This document shows, one piece after another, positions 27,962 to 34,137 of a stretch of DNA of 34,137 bases. Numbering within the stretch: the first letter of the stretch is position 1; every line of letters starts with the position of its first letter. Where the stretch lies: positions 1 through 34,137 of IMG/VR virus record IMGVR_UViG_3300030433_003304; one strand, written 5' to 3'. The notes beneath the pieces are model-generated. The model was not told the DNA's origin and ran no database searches. It worked only from the letters and a program-made list of their open reading frames with translations. Source of the DNA: a virus (lineage: Duplodnaviria > Caudoviricetes). A program made the translations under genes and the position numbers.

Positions 27962-27965
27962 TACC

Positions 27966-29543
27966 CTAATATAACTCGACAGTTACATCTTCAGTGCCTG
28001 ATGTTGGTTCAACAAAAGGTGTAGTCTTGGACTCAGTAGGTGGAGTTGAAGTGTCAACTGCATTGTCAATGGACTTATTACTTGGTAATTGTGAAGGTGC
28101 TTGTGAGTCTCCACCACTACAGAATGTATAGTAATCAGATACAGCTTTTGATGGATCCAACTCACACCCAAACACACTGAACTTCAAGTTAGTAAATGCT
28201 AATGCAGAAGTAATACTACCAGTGATACTTGGAATTAAATTATTGACTTCTGATAATGCACCACTAACACCTGCTAACATTCCAGTAATATCTTCAAGAT
28301 ATGCATCAAGGTTGTCTACAAGGTTATTATTTGCATCATCAATATCTGGTTTCGCAGCAGCTAATACTGCACTAGTAATCCCTTCTGCATAGCACATTGG
28401 AACCTTCGGATTGGTTTGTGCTTTGCTTCCTTCAGAAGTTAATTCTCTTACCTGTTGCTCAAGTGAATTAATATCAAGGGCACCTTCTAATGCACCTTTA
28501 ACTAAGTCCATCAACTTCCCAGTAAGTTTTCCATAGAGACACAAGATAAGTTCAGTTAAAACCTCTTTCATATCAGCAAACTGATATCTCATAGAAGATG
28601 GGAGAAGTGCTACAACTTTTGTCAAACCCTCATTCAAAATCTTTAGAACATATTGCATTATCTTATCAAAGATAATTCTCATATACTTTGCAATCTCTGC
28701 AGATGCATCATCAATGAGTTTCTGCATATCAGCAAACTCTGTTGCCAAAGATACTGCATCAACATAACTTTGTAATGACTGAAGAATTTTATCAATCTTA
28801 GTTGTCATATTTTCTATCGCAGTCTGAATACCCTTCATTGCAGATGGAACTACTTCTTCGGGATCAGGTTTCATCATTACAATTTTTTCATCACATTTCT
28901 CTTGCCTCTTTACATCAGAGGCATCAATCTGATGAACTGCTTCATTTTCATTTGTTGCACCTGGTTCTGGTGGTGCATTTGCTCCAGCCTCTACATCTGG
29001 TTGTCCAGGTTTTCTTGCTGGTTGTTTGATTACCTTATCATAGTCTGGTGGAACTTCTCTTTCTGTTCCTTTTTTCTCTACAGCACCTGTAGAGTATCCA
29101 CTTTCTGCAAGATTTCCAGGACTAGCATTGGTTACCTTATTATCACCAGTCTTTAGTGATAGTGTTGTCTGGGAATTGTTACCCAGTACTCCCATAATAA
29201 CAGGGACTTGTTGGTCCTGTCCATCAAGGAAAAAACCAAACACCATATTTCCCTGACGGATTTGTGGTGTTTGTCTAGCAGCTGCTTGTCCTCCACCTGC
29301 GGTGACAGGATACATTACATTTGCAAAGGGCAGTTGATCGTCAGGGATTGTCTCCTGCCCTTGATCATGAAGACCAATAATTCTTACTTTATATCTTCTA
29401 CCCCATCCAGGAATACTATTCTTATCCTCATATTTTCCAGAGAGAATATTCTCCCTCCAGGTGGAGTCATCAACAACTTGACCGACCCACCAAAGAAAGT
29501 TTGCTCCCAGAAAACCTGGATTAAATAGTCCTCCTCCTTCCAT
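27966..29543 (-). CDS. gp5: Baseplate hub subunit, T4 gp5-like (N-terminal OB fold, no lysozyme domain), 525 aa
   Basis: FLWWVGQV...RYKVRIIGLH...LPFANVMYPVT...GNMVFGFFLDGQDQQVPVIMGVL is the gp5 OB-fold signature; followed by a helical region. Confidence 0.85.
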   Translation of the reverse strand: MEGGGLFNPGFLGANFLWWVGQVVDDSTWRENILSGKYEDKNSIPGWGRRYKVRIIGLHDQGQETIPDDQLPFANVMYPVTAGGGQAAARQTPQIRQGNMVFGFFLDGQDQQVPVIMGVLGNNSQTTLSLKTGDNKVTNASPGNLAESGYSTGAVEKKGTEREVPPDYDKVIKQPARKPGQPDVEAGANAPPEPGATNENEAVHQIDASDVKRQEKCDEKIVMMKPDPEEVVPSAMKGIQTAIENMTTKIDKILQSLQSYVDAVSLATEFADMQKLIDDASAEIAKYMRIIFDKIMQYVLKILNEGLTKVVALLPSSMRYQFADMKEVLTELILCLYGKLTGKLMDLVKGALEGALDINSLEQQVRELTSEGSKAQTNPKVPMCYAEGITSAVLAAAKPDIDDANNNLVDNLDAYLEDITGMLAGVSGALSEVNNLIPSITGSITSALAFTNLKFSVFGCELDPSKAVSDYYTFCSGGDSQAPSQLPSNKSIDNAVDTSTPPTESKTTPFVEPTSGTEDVTVELY

Positions 29544-29549
29544 TACTTA

Positions 29550-29771
29550 TCAGTCTTCGTAAATTCTACACTCGTCTGCTTCTGGATTCTCATCACAGTA
29601 CATCTCAAATGATGTTGGGTCATGATCATCGTCAGGATGATTTGCTTGATACTGTTCCAGATGATCCAACTCGTCTGCTACATGACGACGCATCTGTGGA
29701 GATAGAGTTCCGTTCTCCAGCATATCCTTATCGTCGTTGATGTGTTGCTGAATGCTTCGTTTTTCCGTCAT
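29550..29771 (-). CDS. cp12: CP12 Calvin-cycle inhibitor (phage auxiliary metabolic gene), 73 aa
   Basis: C-terminal EMYCDENPEADECRIYED with the CP12 cysteine pair; small and acidic; lacks the N-terminal Cys pair, as is typical of marine cyanophage CP12. Confidence 0.92.
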   Translation of the reverse strand: MTEKRSIQQHINDDKDMLENGTLSPQMRRHVADELDHLEQYQANHPDDDHDPTSFEMYCDENPEADECRIYED

Positions 29772-31126
29772 TGTGCTACGCTTTCTTTACTTGGTTTACC
29801 AGTTTTTCCGAAAGAGTCTCTTGCCAAAGTCAATTTGGTAAAAGTACCGTCTTTAACATGAATGTAATGAGTCAGTTCTGCTATAATATATAGACCACTA
29901 TTCTCCTTACTTGTATTTGTACCTTTATCTTCTTCAAGTTGAGGTACATCCAAGTATACCACGTCTCCAGCATTTAGGGAGAAATCTCCTGGAATCGTGA
30001 CAGAAGCCATAGAAGAAAAGAACTGGTTGTATCTCATAATAGATTGATTCAAGATCTCTTTATATTCAAAGTTCTCGTCTTTAGACTTTTCTAATTGCTG
30101 GTTTGTATTTCCTGTTGGAAGTGTTCCTTTATCAAGAAGATAGTATGTAGTTCTGGTAAATTCTTTATTAGCGCCTTCCTGATTAAATTTTGGATTGAGA
30201 ACAGGGAGATTCTTTCCAGCAAGTTTTAATTCATCCTCATTTTTTTCTGCATTAGGAGTGATTACTTCATAGTATGTTGTAAAAGGATCAAACAATATTG
30301 TTCTGTTTGAGTATGCACCCATCTTCATTTTCTCCCTCACATTGACATTATTATCTTTAGAGTAATCAAGTGCCTTCAAATCATATCCTTCAGGAGTTCC
30401 CATACTATCATTGAAGATGATTGACTTCTTTTGCTCTTGTGAGAAAAGACTATCAATTGACTTAAAGAAAAATCCCTTTGAGGTTTCATAAAAAAAGTAT
30501 CCAGCACTCTTTCCTTTCTTTTGGTTTTGTGCGGAGATTGATTTTCTTGCCAACCAATTGATAATGTAAAATGGTTTCTTATTATTACCAATGTAGTTGT
30601 ACATATTCAAAGTATCTTCAATATCAATTTCTTTTTTGGTTTGTAGTCCAATAGAATCACCATCTGTCAAAATCTTTTTAACTGATTCTGATATCTTGCC
30701 ATCATATCTTTTAGTAATTCTTACCTTTTCGTTTCTCATAAACTCTTCAGAAACTAAGTCAAGAACCACTTGAGTCTTTCTACTATCATCACTCAGTGTA
30801 GAAACTTTATTTACATACAATATTAATTCAGGTTTATCTCCTATTTTTACTTCATTATTATCTTCAAACTTAAGTAAGACTTCCTCCTGTCCAACAATAG
30901 GAAGACCTTCTACTATACTTTCTTTAAGATCTCCACCCTTACTCGTTCCTGTATCATTGAAAGTAACTCTTGCAGAAACACCATCACTTATTAAACTTTC
31001 AAAGTAAGCAATAGATACAAGACCACCAACTAAACTTTGGCTTTTTGATTGATCTTTGTTGGAGATAACTTTTATCTCCTTTGGTAAAGATGGTTCGGAT
31101 GATCTTGTTGTTACTTCTTTTGACAT
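29768..31126 (-). CDS. Probable baseplate hub protein (T4 gp27-like), 452 aa
   Basis: YFESL...LPIVGQEEV, LVSEEF..NE..RI, GYFFYET..GFFFKSIDSL, IPGDFSL.AGDVV, SGLYIIAELTH...T.LTLARDS; position just upstream of gp5. Confidence 0.65.
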   Translation of the reverse strand: MSKEVTTRSSEPSLPKEIKVISNKDQSKSQSLVGGLVSIAYFESLISDGVSARVTFNDTGTSKGGDLKESIVEGLPIVGQEEVLLKFEDNNEVKIGDKPELILYVNKVSTLSDDSRKTQVVLDLVSEEFMRNEKVRITKRYDGKISESVKKILTDGDSIGLQTKKEIDIEDTLNMYNYIGNNKKPFYIINWLARKSISAQNQKKGKSAGYFFYETSKGFFFKSIDSLFSQEQKKSIIFNDSMGTPEGYDLKALDYSKDNNVNVREKMKMGAYSNRTILFDPFTTYYEVITPNAEKNEDELKLAGKNLPVLNPKFNQEGANKEFTRTTYYLLDKGTLPTGNTNQQLEKSKDENFEYKEILNQSIMRYNQFFSSMASVTIPGDFSLNAGDVVYLDVPQLEEDKGTNTSKENSGLYIIAELTHYIHVKDGTFTKLTLARDSFGKTGKPSKESVAQ

Positions 31127-31146
31127 TTTATGATTCCTCTTACTTA

Positions 31147-31153
31147 TATTTAA
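31147..31153 (-). promoter_or_regulatory. Possible late promoter (TTAAATA) overlapping the stop of the 789-aa gene
   Basis: 21 nt upstream of ATG 31126, with a GAGG Shine-Dalgarno in between. Confidence 0.55.
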
Positions 31154-33519
31154 CCCATTGCATAGGTAATATCTGTCTGACTGATACCAGAACCACCCAT
31201 AATAATATTAGATCCACCAGATTTTGATTTGGATTTAGATGGTGATACTTTCTGGATATTATTTACAATGATAGTTTCTCCACCCATACCTTCATATGAT
31301 GCATAGTTTTCTAATACTTTAACTGCTTGCTTTCCTTCTGCATTGTTCAGTGCCTTAAGGAATCCTGGCAAAGTACTTTCAATTGCCATGTATGAGTCAG
31401 AGTCAATGACAAACTCAGGTCCACCTAAGTTTGCAAAGAGTCCCTTACCAATTTTACCACCAGCATCCCTTACCTCAATATGCATGTGTTGTGGGTGTCC
31501 GTGTGCTCCAGGACCATCTTTGCCACTGGCATCTGCAATACCCCAACTGTCATGGATGAGAAGTTTATTTCCCATATTACCATCATTATAAATTGAATCT
31601 AAAACACTACGATATCTTGCCTTTGAATCTTCAAGAGATCCTCTCCAATCAGTAACGTCAATTGCTCTACCCTCATAATGACCACGACCCTTATGTACAT
31701 TAGATACTGTTCCTTCTCCTGGAGTATATGATCCACCAGATGCTGTTGGTGTTTTAGTGAAGTCTGGGTGTTCTGCGACAGAGAAACCTTTTCCAATCAA
31801 ATCTTTTCCAATTGAAACAATATCATTACTCTTCTGAACATCAAAATTACCCATTCTAGGACCACCAGATCCTAACCCAGAACCTGTATATCCTTGAGTT
31901 GCACCTTCAGTTGTAGAAACAGTAGGTGCTGGTGGTGTTGCTTTCGGTCCAAACACATCAGGCAAGAATGATGATGCCAACATAGGAACAAAAGCAAAAG
32001 GATTATAAAGATTTAAAAGATTAGGGAATTTAGTAACCTGATCCTTTGCATCTACATATCCTCTATCTTTAAGGAATTGTTTCATCCCAAGCATTTCTGC
32101 AAGTTTAGTTGCCGCAGCTCTTCTGCCAAATCCATCTGGTATTTCAATTGGATTCTTTTCAAATAACTGATTGGTAAAATTCTTAAACCCACTGACAAAG
32201 AAATCTTTAACTGCAGTTCCAATCATCATAGCAGACGTTAAAGCATCTTTTAATTTCTGACCAACTGCTTCAATTCCACCACCAGCAACCAATTCATACA
32301 TCAAATCACCAATGAAGAGTCCAATACCCTCACCAATCAAAGTTCCAAGAATAGGAATTGGTATGAATGATCCCAAAAGACCACCCAGAGCAGCACCTAT
32401 TCCAGTAAATAATGCTTTACTGAAATTAAAATCAGGCATTCCATCATCATCATTATCTTCAAGAAGAGTTGATACTGCAACAATGATAGGACCCATGATT
32501 GGAATTCTACCAAACGTTTTTTTGACCACCTTAGTAGCATTTTTGCCAAAGAATTTGACTGCCATTCTTTGGGCTGCTCTATTACCTCCTCTACTAAAAA
32601 TCTTTCCTTTGGTTTGGGTTCCTCCCATCAAACCAGATTGTGGTTTAGAAATTATCTGACCTTTCTTAAGTGCTCTATCAACTGCTGCTTTTGCTGCCTT
32701 AGGACTCTTTCCATTATCAATAGCATTTTGATAGATGTTTGCTGCAGCATGTCCATGCTTTCTCTGCATGAGACGTGCTCCACCAGTTCTTCCAGTTGGT
32801 TTTATCCCAGGTTTATTGACTAGTGGTTTCTTTGGTTTTATTGAACTTCCCGGTTTGCCTGGTTTGCCTGGTTTATCCTTCCCAGGTTTCACCATGCTAA
32901 CAATCAAGAAAGCATTTATAAGATTGAACAGTGAATCAGAAAGTTTACTAAACTTTTTGACACCATCTTCACCGAATTTATCTTTTGAATATTCTTCAAT
33001 CTGTTTGTGCTTATTCTGAACAAATAATGCAAAAGATCCTAGACCATCAAGGACTCCAATAGTAAGGTCTGCTGTAAACTCAACAGCCGCAGCAGCTCCT
33101 TCTAAAATCTTACCAATACCACCAACGACACTATCATTGCCAACAAGTCTCCTAACAACATAACCCAAGAGAATAGTAGTTAAGAAGTTTTTAATTCTAT
33201 CTAAGAATCCTATCTTTGGTAACTTAAGACCTTTTTCTTTCTTTTCTTCTGGTGATTTCTTTTTCTCCTCAGATTTATCTTCTCTTTTATTTCTTCTCTG
33301 CTTCTCTTCTTCTTTCTTATCATCAGTTATTTTCTTTTTGTCTGCAGCAAGAGTTCCTTTTAAAATCTTATCAACTTCAAAGATTTTATCCTTCATCACA
33401 TCAAACTTCTTACCAACTGGCGTGAGAGAACTTGCACTTACTTTAGTTGTCTTTGCTTTGACAATAGAAGAACTATTTGATTTAGATGATGGTAAAAGTT
33501 TTTGAGAAGTTATTGCCAT
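31150..33519 (-). CDS. Tape-measure-like / ejection protein with hydrophobic segments and a C-terminal M15-like Zn-peptidase domain, 789 aa
   Basis: K/E-rich coiled N-terminus; hydrophobic stretches (ALFTGIGAALGGLLGSFIPIPILGTLIGEGIGLFIG); HYEGRAID (Hx6D) plus HMH (HxH) zinc motif. Confidence 0.6.
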   Translation of the reverse strand: MAITSQKLLPSSKSNSSSIVKAKTTKVSASSLTPVGKKFDVMKDKIFEVDKILKGTLAADKKKITDDKKEEEKQRRNKREDKSEEKKKSPEEKKEKGLKLPKIGFLDRIKNFLTTILLGYVVRRLVGNDSVVGGIGKILEGAAAAVEFTADLTIGVLDGLGSFALFVQNKHKQIEEYSKDKFGEDGVKKFSKLSDSLFNLINAFLIVSMVKPGKDKPGKPGKPGSSIKPKKPLVNKPGIKPTGRTGGARLMQRKHGHAAANIYQNAIDNGKSPKAAKAAVDRALKKGQIISKPQSGLMGGTQTKGKIFSRGGNRAAQRMAVKFFGKNATKVVKKTFGRIPIMGPIIVAVSTLLEDNDDDGMPDFNFSKALFTGIGAALGGLLGSFIPIPILGTLIGEGIGLFIGDLMYELVAGGGIEAVGQKLKDALTSAMMIGTAVKDFFVSGFKNFTNQLFEKNPIEIPDGFGRRAAATKLAEMLGMKQFLKDRGYVDAKDQVTKFPNLLNLYNPFAFVPMLASSFLPDVFGPKATPPAPTVSTTEGATQGYTGSGLGSGGPRMGNFDVQKSNDIVSIGKDLIGKGFSVAEHPDFTKTPTASGGSYTPGEGTVSNVHKGRGHYEGRAIDVTDWRGSLEDSKARYRSVLDSIYNDGNMGNKLLIHDSWGIADASGKDGPGAHGHPQHMHIEVRDAGGKIGKGLFANLGGPEFVIDSDSYMAIESTLPGFLKALNNAEGKQAVKVLENYASYEGMGGETIIVNNIQKVSPSKSKSKSGGSNIIMGGSGISQTDITYAMG

Positions 33520-33529
33520 ATCTTATACC

Positions 33530-34137
33530 TTATGCTGGAAGTCCCATGACAAGCATCTTCTCCGCAGAAGCAGGAGGTGATGGAATAAAAGGAGTATCAG
33601 AAGAAAGTAATGGTGGAGACTCTGCCTGACCAGACTCTGATCCAGAGTTAACAGTTTGAACCTTTGGTTGAGATCTAACTGGTGGTGTTGGAGTTGGTAC
33701 ACTTGGAGTATTCTTTCCAAGTTGTGCTGTCTGACTACCAGATGTAGAACTAAGATAAGATCGTATTGTACTTAAACTTGCTGAGATGGATGATCCCCCA
33801 GAAGTAGAACTGGGTGATATTCCACCAGGAGAACTTCCAGGAGAAGATGAAGCAATCTGTGATTGACCAGATCCTGGCATAGGTTTAGGTACATCTTTAA
33901 GATATGCTACATTATCAGCACCTTTACCTTTGATCAAATTAACAATCGTTGGTGCTCTTCTACCAACTTGACCATACCATGCACTGTTAACTAACTCATT
34001 TCCTGCTAACTCATAGTTACCTGCAGCAAATGCTTTCTTAAATGCTGGGAATCCATTTGCCCATGCAGGACCCATATTAAATGTAAGGTCAATCAAAGCT
34101 GCTTTCTGCATTGCATTTGCTTTTGAATATCCAGGAA
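33530..34137 (-). CDS. Virion protein with a T4-lysozyme (GH24)-like domain, start lies beyond the window edge
   Basis: Frame is open beyond the tracked ATG to the window end (PGYSKANAMQ...). AALIDLTFNMG...FPAFKKAFAAGNYELAGNELVNSAWYGQVGRRA aligns by eye with the C-terminal lobe of T4 lysozyme; followed by a Ser/Pro-rich tail. Confidence 0.8.
   Translation of the reverse strand, partial: PGYSKANAMQKAALIDLTFNMGPAWANGFPAFKKAFAAGNYELAGNELVNSAWYGQVGRRAPTIVNLIKGKGADNVAYLKDVPKPMPGSGQSQIASSSPGSSPGGISPSSTSGGSSISASLSTIRSYLSSTSGSQTAQLGKNTPSVPTPTPPVRSQPKVQTVNSGSESGQAESPPLLSSDTPFIPSPPASAEKMLVMGLPA

Noticed and set aside
32851-32889. 9-bp tandem repeats encoding KPG units
   Set aside because: Ordinary low-complexity linker within the 789-aa CDS
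483-33019. Numerous plus-strand ORFs in the ORF track (60-147 aa)
   Set aside because: They are essentially antisense shadows of minus-strand genes or RNAs with strong codon bias (poly-Pro/Thr/His arising from Gly codons); no recognisable motifs or expression signals
823-33720. Short alternative-frame minus-strand ORFs nested in long genes (e.g. 823..1083, 12273..12524, 21501..21725, 22952..23188, 24080..24430)
   Set aside because: V/L/M-rich frame-shift shadows of Gly/Ala/Thr-rich genes with no independent evidence
1-34137. CRISPR array, IS element, integrase, intron or homing endonuclease
   Set aside because: No regularly spaced repeats and no transposase, integrase, HNH, GIY-YIG or LAGLIDADG motifs recognised; long genes are uninterrupted

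Overview
A ~34 kb AT-rich segment of a T4-like marine cyanophage (cyanomyovirus) genome, with all credible genes on the minus strand. Reading in transcription order (right to left): a partial protein with a T4-lysozyme (GH24)-like domain; a 789-aa tape-measure-like protein with a C-terminal Zn-peptidase motif; a probable baseplate hub protein; the auxiliary metabolic gene cp12; a split gp5 module (OB-fold gene, 1649-aa PA14-like repeat protein, short spike-like gene, two paralogous small genes); a 1.25 kb island of small ORFs, tRNA-Leu(UAA) and tRNA-Thr(UGU) under a perfect sigma70 promoter; and about 19.5 kb of modular tail-fibre/adhesin genes organised as cassettes, each with a T4-type late promoter (TAAATA). 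The most striking unannotated element is a predicted ~60-nt noncoding RNA (19590->19530). It has its own perfect TTGACA-N17-TATAAT promoter and intrinsic terminator, and carries an 11-mer that is 9/11 complementary to the conserved motif of the host sRNA Yfr1, making it a candidate phage-encoded sRNA sponge. The second is a repeated anchor-stalk-connector-tip grammar in the fibre cassettes. All functional calls come from motif recognition only; no database searches were run.
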